A DNA stretch of 64,000 bases from Trichoplax adhaerens (Eukaryota; Animalia; Placozoa), in the NCBI RefSeq assembly GCF_000150275.1, contig NW_002060943.1, forward strand, positions 10,572,209-10,636,208, read 5' to 3'. The notes under the pieces were generated by a model that did no database searches, was not told the DNA's origin, and was given only the letters and a program-made list of their open reading frames with translations. Made by a program: the position numbers and the translations under genes. Of the stretch, positions 1-15,239 are shown piece by piece (the stretch's first letter is position 1; each line of letters opens with the position of its first letter).

Positions 1-19
1 GTTGATGATATTGATACAG

Positions 20-1906
20 GACAGCGATATCGGCTTTTCAAGGTTTTCTTACATTATCAGAAGAATTTGAGGTTCTTGATGAAATTGACAAAGAGGACGG
101 CTGGGATAAAATACGTCATGATAAAGCATATTCGGATGCTATTGTGGCTATAACTAGGTCGTTAATTTAAGAACCTAGACTAGCATTACCGATTTTTTAC
201 TGATAAAGCTGTTTTTACTCTAGTGCTTTATGTAAATCCATATTACTAAGACCACATATCGCCAAGGTAATAGCATACTTGATGCCAGCATTGAACGGAC
301 CTTATGACAATCAAAGGTTAATTGTGGCAGCTTTTTTCGCTGAGGTATGATACTGTGATTACATGTAGTTCTGTAGTAGAGATTGTGCATAAAGTCTGTT
401 GTACTTCGGATTAATTATGTAACTTGATCATTAACGATATTGAATAGATTATAAATCAACGTTGTTTGGGAGAGCTTGGGCAGGCTGATATTATTATAAA
501 TTGTTTACTAAGCCGGCTGGTAGATGACAACTTAAAAGTTCGCATGTTTTGTGTTCGCGGTTTGGGTAATGTAGCCAGCGTTGGAAGGGAGCACGTACGA
601 ATACTTTATTTCTGTATTTAGTAAACAATTTTACTAGATTATTGACGCTATTTGAAATGCGTATATGTTTGAAATATCTATTTTCCAGTTCAATGCATAC
701 TCTACCACTGTTCTTTCCGCGTTGATGTCTGGTATTGACGAAAAAGACGACTCTGACTGCGATATAACTCTCGAAGCTATGTCTGGACTTAGTAGAATAA
801 TTGCTGAACTTGATGAAACTCATGTTAGATCGATACTAATTAATATCTCATTAAAGATTCGGCCATGTTTTGAGAAGGTAATTTGGAAAAGTTCATATAA
901 AACGTGTTCATGATATTGCGTAACTATGTAGTATCGTAATTTCTTGGTACTTCAGAGCGAAGAAAAAGTCAGAGCGAGAGCATTTACGCTATTTGGCCAT
1001 TTGTCGAAATTTGGTGATGGTCCTTCAAAAGTACCGTTTCTGGAACAAATTCAAGCCAATATGGTGTCATTATTGTTACATCTAAATGAGAATGAAGCTA
1101 GTGTGGTCAAGGTTGTACTATTTATTTATTATCATTTGTTATATTCCATGTTATTGGACATCGCACAGCATACTAAGATTTTACACTGCTTAATTTGCAG
1201 GCGTGTAAATTTACATTAAGAAGTATTGGACCACTGCTTAACAATTCTGAGATTGACTATATGTTTCAGAAGTATCTATTAGATGACGCAACTTTGTATT
1301 ATGGAGAATTTTTAAATAATTTGACACGTTTACTGGTAATATTTACAAGCTATATTACAACACACTGTATATATATATTTCTTAAATTCGGATTATTTTC
1401 AATTAACCTTCTTGATAGAAAATTTCGTCCTGTGCTTTTTATATGACAATGTAAAACTGTTATACAGATCTCGGAATACAAAGAAAAAACAAGCCTTTAC
1501 GTAACTGGAGCAACCAGATTTTTTAAAAGTGAATGGGAAGAGATAAGAGCTAATGCAGCCACTTTGATTGGTATAGAAATTTTAGTGTAGAATATACATA
1601 AAAGCGTTGAATGGTTAAGCTTGCTAAAAATGTATAGTATTGCATGTTTATTCATACGTAATAAAATACTCTGTTGCAGGTTATTATTTGGGTAACTTAC
1701 CTAATGAACTTCGTGAGACTATCTCTAAGGAACATGTTTGCAACGGTGAATATTAATTACTGATGTATGATATCTGTTTTCGATGTTCACGTTGCATTTT
1801 TAATTCTTAATTTTTTCTTACAGCTTTGAAAATGCTTCTTAAAGATACTTCCCCTATGGTAAGATCTGGATGTGCTACGGCGACAAGTTTATTGTATGAA
1901 TATTAA
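20..1906 (+). CDS. MROH1: Maestro HEAT-like repeat protein (MROH1/HEATR7A-like); 3' part of a multi-exon gene whose 5' end lies upstream of the window
   Basis: Spliced exons with GT-AG borders stay in frame, e.g. ALNGPYDNQRLIVAAFFAE, VRMFCVRGLGNVAS, ILINISLKIRPCFEK, FLEQIQANMVSLLLHLNE, FFKSEWEEIRANAATLIG, ending ALKMLLKDTSPMVRSGCATATSLLYEY* (TAA 1904-1906). These match the recalled C-terminal HEAT repeats of MROH1. Confidence 0.85.
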
Positions 1907-3193
1907 GGATGAAGGAATTTGACAAATCTCTAATGAAACTGATAATAATTAATTGTATATGTGGCTTTTTGAATCAGTTGTATGTTCTGTACTCTATTAA
2001 AATTCTATTATGTTTCACCTTCTGATCCTTGGTACACTATTCTAAAGTAAAAGTATTAGCTTTTTCCTGAATGGAATTCCTTCACGCTATTGAATGTAAA
2101 GTTAGATTAATTCGAGATATAAATTACTATGATTATATTTTTATTCTTAGTATAGTCTATAAAATTAAATTAGTAAGCAATAACTGCTACTTCTTATAAA
2201 TTCATGAAATAATGTAATGAGATATAAAGTGTATACTTTCACTTACCATTGGCGTTGATAGAATTGAATAAGCACCTCATATTTCTTTTGCTATTCAAGT
2301 TCATGCACAGTGGGGTGAGTAGTTAATTGCGAATTAACACGATTGTCTTAGAAATGTTCTCTGACTTAAATTAGCTAAAACGGGGATTTTCCCGCAAGTG
2401 ATTTACATTAATAAGACTAGTAGGTGTCTAAGTAGTTTTAATTAAGAATTGACGTAAAGTACATTTTGTTTATTTGGATTATATTTCTTTTCCGTAACAT
2501 TATGTTAAGTGATAAATTTGTAACTTGTGAAATGAAAAAACTATTTTAATGAACTATAATCATGAAGTGATGATATAAAAGATTTTATCACAAAAAATTC
2601 ATTGTTATGTAAGAAATAGCTCTATGATAGGGGCTGAGTGATGAAAAGTTAATAATTATATATACACACTCGTATAATGTCAGTGGAATTGGAACTGTGC
2701 TGTGTATGATATATGATTTAGTTAATTAATTATATTTAATATACAGTACAGTATATTATGCAGTATATACAGTATTTTTGGATGGGGTTCCATCTGCCTG
2801 TCTGTCCGCTACGGTTGGCCATTGACCAATGACCATTCTACTGTATTTTTCACGAATGTTATGCTTACTTGAATATCGCCAAGATATCCATGATCCATGT
2901 CATATCACATACACACATACACACACATATGTCACCAGGAACCACTAAACCCTCTCCTGCTACACCATTTTTAATTCTATTTACCTTTACAATTTTGAAA
3001 AATCGAAATTTTGATTGAGGGGCATGAAAGTAAGTTTATATGCTAACACTACTGTACAGTACAGTGATCAGTATGGGTCTGAGGCTAACAATCACTCTTA
3101 TCCTATTTATACCAGGCATGCGCATACTAGTCAACTCCAGGTTACAAGGCGCGCCATTCTTTAAATTTCCTGCAGCAGTAAACAAGTAGTAAA

Positions 3194-3216
3194 TACAGTA
3201 CAGTACAGTACAGTAC
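3194..3216. repeat. (TACAG)4 upstream of RTTN; related clusters at 2742-2775 and 3049-3065
   Basis: Direct reading TACAGTACAGTACAGTACAGTAC. Confidence 0.8.
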
Positions 3217-3543
3217 TATAGCCTGCACTTGTAGAGTTATAAAAAGGTCCGTGGTACGTACTGTACGCGTATTCGATATGCTGTACAAGCATTTCTGTTT
3301 CAATATTTGGAGTCGTGACTATGATGATTTATTTCATTGCGTAGAAATTAGAGTACGTTTAGTTTAGTGCATTTTGCAAATTTACTAGTAAGCATTTTGC
3401 AGCATGAGAAGTAAGAACAGCTTTAAGTGTTTTTACTAAACTTTGTTCAGGATACAGTATATTGTCCATTGCGTTTACAGTCGCCACAAGCCACCATTGA
3501 AACAACAGACGACAACCGCTCATTTCCGTTCAACGCCAGTTTC

Positions 3544-6500
3544 ATGGATTCACATCCGGTTCTGGAGGATGTCCAACTGACGCCCCTTATTGAGAAATTA
3601 GGTTGGTTACTAAAACTCGAAGTTACTTGTACATTATTTTATGTGTTAGTATATATATATATATACACTCCAAAGAATCTATGCTACTGTATTGTATAGA
3701 GCTGAATGACTAGAGTGTGAAAATTGTACAGTTGTACTCGTACATCGAGTATACAGCTATCAACCTTGCTCTGGTTTCAGTGTAATACAGTATTAGCTAA
3801 TTAATCCTCATAGCTCACGTGAAATAGATTCACATTTTGCTGTAGCAATGCTGACAGTGGCAGTACTGTACACGCAGAGTTACACTATACCATATGATAT
3901 ATAGATAGATAGTACATAATATCATAGGTATTAATTTAATGTACTTAACTGTGATACCCTTCGATATAGTACATCCTTTGCAAGAGGTTCGCCTCCGAGC
4001 CCTGAAGAATCTACATTTTAAGCTGGAGAATGGGTTTATACTTATTGAGGATTTGTTACATGAACGCCAATTAGTTGTAAATTTATTGCAATGGTTCAAC
4101 GTGCAGTCTACGTCTCTATTAGCAAAAGAAAACTTAATTTTACTGGAGAAATTATCACAGGTAATGTTGTCGGAATAGGGTAAAGCATAGTGGATTCACT
4201 CGCGTTGATATTGTGCAAATGGAAACCAGTTACACCCACTTATGAACTGAAATTGTTTTATGTATGCTTCTTGACGTATTAATCAAAAATTGTGGTGTTA
4301 TCTTTTTGCTATAGCATGATCCAGGCATTGATACATTGAAGTCGATAGGTGCAGTTGAATTCCTTAATCAATTAAAGTTGGAGATTGGGATTCAGTTTCA
4401 TCAAGTCATCGACAATATTTTACATAATATAAGTTCTCGTGTTTGTTCTCAGGTACTTTTTTCATAGAACAGTAGATCTATTTTAACCTTTATAATCCCT
4501 AATGATATTAACAGTAGTTGAAAGATAAAACATATTGCTTTTGCAAGTAATGTTCTAGTATTATGGACAGTCATTGAATGTCCACATTTCAATTGTTGTC
4601 TTTCTACTTTTTTATTTGGTTCTAACTTTAGCCCAATCTTTCCGTGCGTGAGCCAAACCCGAGAAGTCATAATCAAGCTGATGTCAAGAATAATCAAAAA
4701 TTCATACATCATGGTCCACGATTGCCAGATGCTACTGGAATGCTGACTACTGTCAACCTACCGAAGCAACTTTACAAGGTCGCTAAAGAAGATAAATTAC
4801 CAGACAGCAAGAATCGTAGTACTATATCGGCTCCATTACTGGTCAACGATTCATTTCATGAATCATTCACTCAAGAGACACAGCACTTCGAACCTAGGGA
4901 CATCAATCGAGCTAGTGAGTTCTCAATTATGTGTGAAATACTCTCCATAAATTTTCTGATGCGCGATAAGTTATTACGTTAAAAGGATGATTCACGACCG
5001 GATTATCGAATAATTTCACATCTGTTTTTAGGGTTACTATCCTAATTTATTACTATTATTGTGTTCAGATTTTATGAAGAAACGAAGTAATGAATTAGCC
5101 ATAATCACCTTCCCTTGGATTCATTTATATAGTAGTGATGAACACGTTTTAGCAACTACTCACAGGTAATAAAGCAATAATTGTTGAGATATGGGTGTAA
5201 AATGGTAGTGTAATACTTGCGTGTAAGTATTTCTGTATCATTAATCATTTACATTTATATGTGAATAAACATTATTGTCGTTAGTCGACTCCGAAGCCGA
5301 GACCCATCTTTAGCAGATAAATCCTGCCAGTTTTTAAGTGATGTTTTATTTAAAGACTTTCCAGCTGAAATTTTCATCCAAAGACCCGCTATAATTACGG
5401 TATGAAATTGTTCCCGTTGTCTATGCTAATCTTATGTGATGATTCATGAATAAAATTTAGTTATCGTAGCTTTTATTAAGCAACAACCATAACGAAAGAT
5501 AAATTATAATTAATTTTGATTGACTCATTTACTGGTAAAATTAATTTAATTTTAATAGGATCTACTTGATTTAACCCAAGCTTTGTCCAGTCAAGCTAAG
5601 ACCTTACCAGTTCAATCTGTTAGATGCCTAAAAGAACTCTGCGTTTATCTTGTTCAACGTATTGGCTTCTATCGTAGCACTTCTACTTATCAGGCTTATG
5701 GAGGAGCAGGTACGTTATTATATGAGGAATGCTATTTGACTGAATTGAAGCTCTCGTCGTTTCGTTCTTCGTAACTCTATTTCTAATGTTCTTTGAATCT
5801 TTTCATTAACTGTAGTTTGCAATTAAATCTTTATGATAACATTTAGCTTGTTCGGTTATTATGAACTTTAGGTCATACGGTTTCTAATTCTCGCAGCGTT
5901 ATTAGCAAATCAATGTCGTCACGTGACTCGCCTAGTGACGGTGAAGATGGCAGTTGTATATCTAGCTTTACTAAGTATGTTCAGTGATTGAAATAGTACG
6001 GTATTATCTAACCTAATTGTATCTATCAGCAATTTGAATTAAGTATCTTAGACAACTTTTTCAATTGAAGTATTACTAGCGAAATTTCCGAGTACAGAAA
6101 TAAAGGTGACATAGATGACAATTGTGGTCGATCATTGCAACACTTGAGATCTCGACAATGGACGCTGCCATACTTTTGCACGATGGTAATGACTCACACA
6201 ATTCCTTTACTAAAGGGATTTGTTGGATATAGTGGTTGGATCAATGTTCCTTCGCAGGAAGTACTTAGCCTCCTGTATGATATATCCCGTATAATTGATT
6301 TATCGATGCCTGATGAGTTATGGACAGATAATTCGATCATAAAAAATGTGGTCCGTATTTATAATGATTTGGTCGCTATATACTCGAAATTTAGCACTTG
6401 TAAATTAGGGTTTATTTGTTTGTATATATTTTACAGGCAGATGATTTACTACGAGTGTTCGACATGTTTGCTGAGGTTCTACAGTTCTATTACCACTTAA

Positions 6501-9500
6501 TATATGATGAAGTAGACGAGTCCCAGGGGCACACTAATCAACGACATGAATTAGAAGATAATGTTGTTATGTGGGCTAATATTGGAGCTTTGGCTGTGAG
6601 AATTGTGGATCGTACAGTTCCTGTGGAGTTAGTAAGTATAATCAGTATTGGCTACGGTAATTGATGATGAGCTGAGCTCATACTGATGATTTTATTATCG
6701 TGAAATACTACAACTCAGCTTCTACGGCTAACTTAGATTCACCTTGCAGGCTAACCGAGTTATTCCAAGTAGCATGAAAACTATTTTCTCCTTACTGTGT
6801 ATGGAATACGGATTTAATTCTCTATATCCTGATTACGTGACTACCGTAAGGAAATTCTTGTCTGCCTGTGATACCAAAGCATATGAGGTTGGTTCAGTAA
6901 AAGGTGCTAATTTAAATGAAAAGAGTATCACTTATAATTTTTCGATTGTTACCTTCATATTCTAGATTTACTGTGATTTTTCGCATATCTTACGATCATT
7001 CCATGCTGCTTCTATGGTCATACATACAAAAAAGGTTTGATTTATTGGTCGTAGTATTTTATATAATTCTATATAAGCATTGCAATCTGCACTTTAAAGC
7101 TTTGCACATTTTATTTTTAAACTTTCATTTAGGAATTCGATGAGCAGTTTTTTATTTCGGCGCTTGAATCTTTGCCGGGATTATTTTATCACGATTCTGC
7201 TTCGCTACTTCGTGTTTTAGTACATAGTATCATGGATGTGTTAGTATCCCCTTCAATGAAAGGAATTTATGTTGTTGCTGACTCATATCGCTAAGCTATA
7301 AAACTATGAAATTTGTTTCCAAAGCACTTATTTGTTTGGGCTATTAGTCATTCTAGGGATTGTAATAAATCGTCGGTGAGTTTAAGCCGCAATTTGCTAT
7401 TGAAATTATTATCACATCCCTTATCCGATGTTAGGAAAAATACATACCGTTGTTGTACTGAAATTGTGAAGGTATCATACATCTATGCTTTGGATTTTAT
7501 GCAGTCAAGCTTAGATACGTTAATAAAAACCTAGGAACTAATTGTATTAAATTTTTTTGATTATATAAATTTATCATTTACTAAATATCACAATCAGCGC
7601 GCATTGGGCGATGGCCAAGTTGCTACCACGAGTGCTAAAGCCTGTGGAAATTTAACTTTCCTACTCAATGATATTATTTTACGCCAATTATCACTGTATG
7701 GTCTGTACGACGAAAATGATGAAGTATGTCATTTCCAATATTCTATAGTATCTAGCGAATTTTATGATTGTTACAGTTTCGGTTACTATATTACAATTTA
7801 TGATCTGTTAAAATTTTAATTGAAATTGACGTCGTTGTTGAAAGATCGATTCTGATTAGCATTGACGAATTTGTTATGAACTAGGTATCCGCCAGTGCTA
7901 GAGAAATCATGATCACATTCTTTCAAGGACGATACTTAATGCCTGAAACTATGTGGTCTGATTACTTATCGAATATTCACGACCTGTTTCCTTTTATTCA
8001 GGTATATTTGATCCAGCAAAATTATATTAGTATAACTTAGTTTAAGCGAAATTACAATTGATAGGGCTACGCATGTAGAGATTCGAAATTTACCGATTGT
8101 CTGCTATCCGTAATTGAAAACTCCGGTGTTAAATTGGTTAATACGTCTCATCAAATGCATGAGAATGTTTTCAAAATAAGAGGTTATCTTCGTTCTCTGT
8201 TTTGTACGGATGAAAGGTAGGTCGAAATGGCACTAGAAGTAAGTCTTATCGGATTCATTTTAGTTAACTTTTGCCTGTTGGATCTGATTGACCGTAGCTT
8301 AAGAGAAATGGCTTCGAATAAAATAAGAAATATTTTGGAGGCAGATAGCTTATTCGGTCGTGAGAATTTTCAAACCTTAAACTTGACTGAGACTGACTTG
8401 CCGCATTTTAAAGATTTATTTGAAGTTGATGAAAGTGATGACGAGGTTTTTAGCGAATCTTCAATACAATCTATCTTCCAGGTATGACATCTTTTTTTGG
8501 TTGTCAGATAGGCCTATTAATTATACGCGCAAAGTCCTTTTTAACGAAATATATATAACGATGTTGATTTGTTGCATGTGTTTATAAGGCCGATAGCGTT
8601 TTGCAACTTTGGTCAATTATTACATCAAAAGAGACGGAGATTTCTTTAAAGAAATTGGCTCTTGAACAATTAGCTACTTCACTCACAGGTATATTACAAG
8701 TATTTTAACTATATCAACGCTAACTTTAATGATGCAGTTGCTATTTTTTGGATACAACAGTAATTCCCGTTTTGGTATAATTTCTGTAGATAGTTACATT
8801 TGTGACTTGTTAATAAATCGAAATGCTACGGAAGATATTGTCAACATCATCATGGAAGGTCAGGAGAGAAGTGATACTGAAAATAGTATGGAAACTGTTG
8901 TCTTGTTACCTTTCGCTTTAAGAGCATTGCATCGCTTATTGCGGTGGGATGAAAAGAACCGACTTCGAATGGCGTATGATTATGATGCATATAGGATGCT
9001 ACTGAGATGTAAGCAAACTTATATACTTAACGTTGACTTATTGCGTTAAGTCTCTTTCAGCTCTAAATTTTACCTTCATAGGTATTATAGCATCTGAAAA
9101 AAGTAGTAGCTCGTATCTTAATGCCGTTCATGCATTAGTCTACTTACTTTTTGATGAAGTATCTCCCAGTAGAGTTTCTGTCTGGTAAGTCATTGATATG
9201 TAGATTATAATAGAAACGAGTTTCAGCTGCATTAACGTTATTAGCTGTATGTCCTGTTACAATTTTGTGCTTTAATGATCTAAAAGTTATCTAAAATTGT
9301 TAAACATTTATTGATTATTCGCTCAGGATATCAGATGATTCCGAGAAGCATAAAATACGCGATTTTCGATTTCCAAGGCGTTTATCTTCCAGGTGAGTTA
9401 TGTTTAATGAACAGATTCTTGAGCGAAAAAAGCACTTGTATATCTGGTGCTTATTGCTTAGGTGTACGTTGTATTTTATGTATGTATTTAGGATGTCTTT

Positions 9501-12500
9501 ATTAGCGCGGTATCCGACGTATGAATGTAAGAATCCATATAAGGTTCAGCAGTTATCATATGCGGAAAATCTATATAGTGAACCGTCACAGACTTCCCTA
9601 AAATTGGGATGGAGTATTTATGTAGCTAATAATGTTGAAGACTTAATTAAGAAACCACAAGCCATTGAAACTGACAAGCTATCAGCTATTCCTGGATCCA
9701 ACTTATGTGATGAAAGGTATAGTTGTTTGAGTTAAATACAGCAAGCGTATTACGTTTCCTAAAAGCGCTACCAACCTTTTCTGAAAATAGTTTGCCCTAT
9801 TCCCGGCTAGCAAGGAAAGACAACTGTATACTTCTTGCAAGTCACCCTAACTATCGTATAGATTCACTTTTAAGCGATATAGAGAATGCGGTCAGCCACC
9901 ATGAAGTTCTCTATAAATTAAGTAAAATCTCTAAATATTTAAGACTCAACTGGAATTTAGGCATCGAGTCTGCGAGCAGTACGGTAATAGATTTTGATAG
10001 TAATTCATTTGGTGACAGTGCTAATACGCGTAAATTGCTAAAGGTGAAATGGTTTAAAAGCTTCAGCAGGTATAAATCTTAGTTTGTAACATTCAATAAA
10101 GGATATCGCTTACAGGTTAAAAATTTATACCTTTTTTCAGGTTTTTAAGTGTTCCGCCTTCTAGTACTGATGACCAAAATCTTTTGGCTGCGTTTTTTAA
10201 TTTCATTGCAATGCTCATCAAAAATAGCCCACAAGTTTACTGCTCCGATCTTGTCAATGATGCTGTCCATTATTTAATAGATCCTAAAATGCTATGCGTC
10301 AAAATCTTAAAGACAATGAATAATTTCATTGATACTGATCCTAATTTTAAAGGTGAACATAACATCGATACCAACAGGTAAAAATTTGGGGGAACTAATT
10401 CGCCGAAAGGCAAGATGTTAATTACAATCTCTTTCCTACAGTATAATTTAGACGAAAGTTAGGTAGCATCACAACTTCTTGCTTGCTTACTTCGATACTT
10501 ATGACATTGTATATGACCTACCTTATAGACGGCTATACAAAGAACTGCTAGGATTCATCAATATAACTTTACAATATTTACCCAGCGAATCGTGGTAAGA
10601 AAGTACGCGTTAAAATATGATGTTTCATTTCTTACAACTGACAAATCGTTTGCCTATAAAGGTCAATTAGACAGGCTCAATGTGGCGAATTAGCTAGCGT
10701 GCTAATTACTAAATTAGAAATTGGCAACTCTCTTAATTTTTACGATTTATGGCCCATACAGATGATACTTGACTGCTTAATTCACATCCTTGCTAGGTAT
10801 TATAGTGAAGGCTTTTGTTTACATAAATGATCATGTAGTAATTTTGATTTGTGTAACGTCAAAGACCGTGCTGGAGTTCTGGTTGCAACACAATGGAACC
10901 TTTTCCCCTTTGTGTGAAGTTATTGGCCTCTCTTTTACAGGTTAGAACTTTGCAACTCTTCCATAAATTGAAAGTTTCAGTTACGAATTTACATAGTATA
11001 TTCATTATGATTAAATATACTTGATTGTAATTGCTTTAAATTTCTATTTGATACCTTCGAAGATCATTGTTTCTTTCCATGGCGAATATGGGCAATTTGT
11101 ATATTCATTCATGGGTAAAGGAGTTACAAGAAGAGTTGCATTATGCTTAAGGCATTTAATGCATGAAATGCAACAGCTGATGCCAGATACGGTTAGTGGT
11201 GTAAGTACTTGTAATAATTAACGAAATCATTAATGTGGCTTTATTCGATTCCTCTGTCAGGATATTACGAGTTACTGGTTGTGCTTTGAAACTAAAGAAG
11301 AACGTTATGGATTGTCTTGGATATATTCTCTCTGGAGCGATCACGATGCATTGGTAACGTTCTTGAGCAAATAGCTCTCGCTTCTGTATAATACATATTT
11401 TTGTTAATAACTTTATAATAGTCGAATTTACGCCGTTTCAACCTAGGTACGATGGTGCGGATTAGGTATAGCAACTGATCTGGTTCTACAACCTGAGGGT
11501 CTTAAATTGCTAGATGCATGTTGCCAACATATCGATGGAGGAATCTGGAATGTGTTGTTGACACTGCTACATGATAGCTCAGAATGCAATATTATTAAGT
11601 GTCAGGTGATTAATTTTTAGTAAAGGCTATACACTGATCATTAGTTTACTAATTATAGCTACTATAACTGCTAATCTAGGCTGCCGCAATGCTAACAAGT
11701 CTCTTAACAGCTACAGACAGCGATCCATGCTCATACCTTAACATAATTGATGAAGAATTGAAGGTTAACAATGACAATTTACCTTTAGAAGAACCATTAA
11801 GTTATTAATGACGGTAATATAATGAATTACGTTGTACGGATAGGCAACTAAGAGGGGTTTGTCGGCGTTGCTGATGCTACTGGACCGTATCAATTTTTAT
11901 CAAACTACTATTACGATTATAAAGAATGTAAATGTCGTAGCTGAAATCAACAAAAATTGCTGTCAAGAGATGCCACCGGATAGCAATTTTAATATCGCAT
12001 CTGGTATCGACAAAACTGTGTAAGTAAAGTAAACCGCAAATCGAAGAATGCAACATGATTGGGTTTTTTCTAATTTAACCTTAAAAGTAGCCCTTGACTC
12101 TTAGTTTGTTAGATGGTATTAAGTAATGGAATTAATATAGTGTACTTAATTCAGGTCTTCTGGGTGCGATGGTGATTTTAAAGAGATATTGTCTCAGAAT
12201 TGGTACTTGTCTAAAGTGCATGTTGTAGCTGATGTACCTACAAATTCTAAGTTTATCTACGAAATCTGCCGTCTCATGGCGAAGTTAGTGGTATTATGCC
12301 CTAGCACCATTGTGAAGGCGCTATATAACGAAGGAGTCCTGTATCAGTTGGCAAAGTGAGTAGTTTATACTATTCATAATACAGTAAATTACACTCACAA
12401 ATGTTTGTAAAACTCTTGAATGGTCATAAACTTTTTGACGTTGCATTGTGAATATTTATTTATTAGATTGTTGGAGACGAGTGGACTAGACGAGCAGTTA

Positions 12501-15239
12501 AAGCTGCTTAAAAACCGGATGTATCGGTATGATTAGATTATAATTACAAAGAATCTTTTCTGTTTACAATGTGAAGATTGTAATATTTTTTTGATTGTGC
12601 TGAACCGCAGAGAATTCTACGAAATTCGGACTATAATACAGATGTCATCAGAAATCATAAAATTATTTACCTTAGTTTGTAATATCGATCCTAGCATTGG
12701 TTGCTATTTCATAAAGCGGAGGATGATAGTTTCAAGTCTTTTTCGTTTTTTAAGTGATAATGCTCAGGAAGAGGTTGCGTTATGTAAGTTCATAGCATCT
12801 TGTAAGCTTGTTCACACTTATTAGAACACGTTTCATTTTAATATGTAAACAAACTCGAAATTGGCTCTGATGCTATTCTATCTATAGCTACTAATGTAAT
12901 GTGCTCATTGACTCGATAGGTAGGGATTGTTATTGCTTTTGGCAAACTATCTTCCAGTTCTTTTCCACTGTTCTATCGGTTGATAGTCAAGAAAATTACG
13001 ATTGCGCACTGGAAATTTTTAAGAATAACTGGATTCTTTTTAACAGTAAGTAAAGTTAGATTTATATGCGTTCGAAGTATGTTAGGAAATCTGCAATTTC
13101 ACCGTTGTGATTATCATTCAATACAAATCAATAAAACCGATGTAGATGCCGTTGTGACAATTTTGTCTTCCGAAAAAAGTACCAATTCGCAACGAAATTC
13201 GGCCCTAAATTTATTATGTATTATTCTCGCTCGAGAGGGAAAGTATCACTATGAACATTCAAATGGGAATACAGCTTCGTTTACATCTCAAATTATAGAG
13301 TTATTAGAGATGGGAGAGGACGAGCCTAGTAAGCTTCAAAAGTCAATAATTCATAAGCCTAATTTAATTCTATTGTCTGCATGGAATTTCTTTATCTAGC
13401 TCACGGTATTACTGTGGTGTTTGGCAATTCTAATCATTTTTTTTATTTAACTTAATTAAAGACGAAAGAAAGAATGATGAAATAGGCAATTCTAAAGACG
13501 ATGCTTTGTCGCACCAAAGTTATAGCATACAACTATGTCACTTATTACTGGATTGTTACGAAGGGGCCAATGTTAGATGTCTCACTCTCACGGATAAGAT
13601 TCCTTTAATGTCTGCCTTAAAATTGATCCTCGCTTGCAGTCCTCGAGCTAAATATTTCGCTCTACAAAGTATGTGACGATGACATATTCTACATAATCTT
13701 TACCTTTATCTAACGTTTGTTTGATAATTACAACTTAGGCGGTTTCCTGGATAGTATAATTGATAGACTGAAACAGTTGCGAGCTCAGCTTTCGATATCT
13801 TTCCTCTCTGCTACAAATAAATTCGAAGCCAGAAATAAAGTTCAAGGCAATCTGTTACTAGAAATTTCGCAAATATTAAATATTTGCCGTGGATTAATGT
13901 ATCGTGATGATTCGACGAAGAATGCTGCTTTATTATGTGGACTGACTGAAGTTCTTTATCGATTATGGCCTTGGTGTTTTGTAGAATCTTCCTTTATGTC
14001 ATCAGTCTTGGCGATTATGTGTACCTATACTGCTGATTTCGAAAAGGGTATAAATTTATAGATTAACCTGTTCGATCTATCTTATGCTGATAAATGTAAT
14101 TACTCGTTGTGTAGCTGCCAAATCCTTTGCTATCAATTTTACTGGGAAGGAGTATACCTCAATAGAAACAAATGAAGTAAATTCTTCCTCTAGTAGTTCC
14201 CTGGTTTATAATATTCTTAAATTTTTAATGCAATCAAATTGGAAAAAGATGAATACTCCTTTGACATCTTCGAATGAAAGCGCTCTGTTTGCGTTAATAT
14301 CCAACCTATCATCCTCTGCTGAGTGTAGAAGCATTATGTGGAAGGTACGTGATATATATTAGACGGGACAACTTTAAATTTTCAATGTCATTAACTATTC
14401 TAGTTGCAATTCAGGCGAATTTCCTGCAAGCGTTACACCCGCAAAATGTTACGAAACAGTTTATGAAGCATAATGTAGCGCATTTGCGGCTATGGTATAA
14501 AATATTAGCGAATTTGTCCTTCTCTAGAGATGGCCAGCAAATGATGATGAAAGTGGAAGGTATACGTACTAAATTTTCAAATTAGATTGTCTGTCTTGGC
14601 TCTTATTCGATTCTGATACCCGAAATTCTCTATAATTTTAGGAATAATCCACGATCTTTGCTGCATGACTACCTCTTCTGAATTCACACTTAGGAAGAAT
14701 GCGTTATTAGTACTCAGAAATATGTGCTTTAATAGCACTCTAAAGGCTCATTTTTGGGCAAATGGTAGTACAGTATATGTCATTATTAGTTTGATTAAAA
14801 TTTGATTCATAGGCTTATTTTTATATACGTTCTACGTTGCGGCCATAGATGATGTTTTACAATGCTTTTCGAAGACGTTGGTAGCCGAATCAGATGTAAT
14901 GAAAGAAATTGCGGTCTCTGCCTTGCTTGCGATGATCTATAATTGCCAAAAGGTATTAACTGCAACTTATAGAGTGTTGGGTCATTATCGAAGTATCTTA
15001 GCTTGATTGTATGAATTTTAGGCAAAGCTTGCCGTGAAACGACTAGGAATTCTAGACAATCTCGATAACATAATTGCTAGCGAAAAGGACAGCGGTACTT
15101 CAGATTAAACATAAGACGTATCGAGTATTTAGGTAATAACTTACTTAAAAGTTATTTTTTACTACATTCAGGTAAGAATGATGCAGTACTGATACGAAAT
15201 GCGTCGGCATTGTTGGATACTTTGCGTATTGGCTATTAG
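3544..15239 (+). CDS. RTTN: Rotatin (centriole/basal body ARM-repeat protein), multi-exon
   Basis: The N-terminus LIEKL-VHPLQEVRLRALKNLHFKLENG...ERQLVVNLLQWFN matches the RTTN_N domain. Internal matches include TFPWIHLYSSDEHVL, DFPAEIFIQRP, SFMGKGVT, WIYSLWSDHDALVRWCGLG and GGIWNVLLTLLHDSSEC. The last exon ends LRIGY* (TAG 15237-15239). The start ATG at 3544 is inferred. Confidence 0.92.

Noticed and set aside
494-823. 109-aa minus-strand ORF and similar antisense or off-frame ORFs (3830-4099, 4449-4712, 20303-20575, 33776-33979, 47568-47834, 47618-47839, 56148-56363, 63147-63341)
   Set aside because: These are shadows of real exons on the other strand or frame, with no recognisable protein features.
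2909-2927. Short (AC)n and (AT)n tracts (also about 3651, 27760, 29730)
   Set aside because: Ordinary short microsatellites with no further structure.
12888-12919. Apparent small RTTN exon ending in an in-frame TAG (nonsense or readthrough candidate)
   Set aside because: The TAG is better read as the splice acceptor. The exon then starts at 12920 and reads (C)RDCYCFWQTIFQFFSTVL in frame with no stop.
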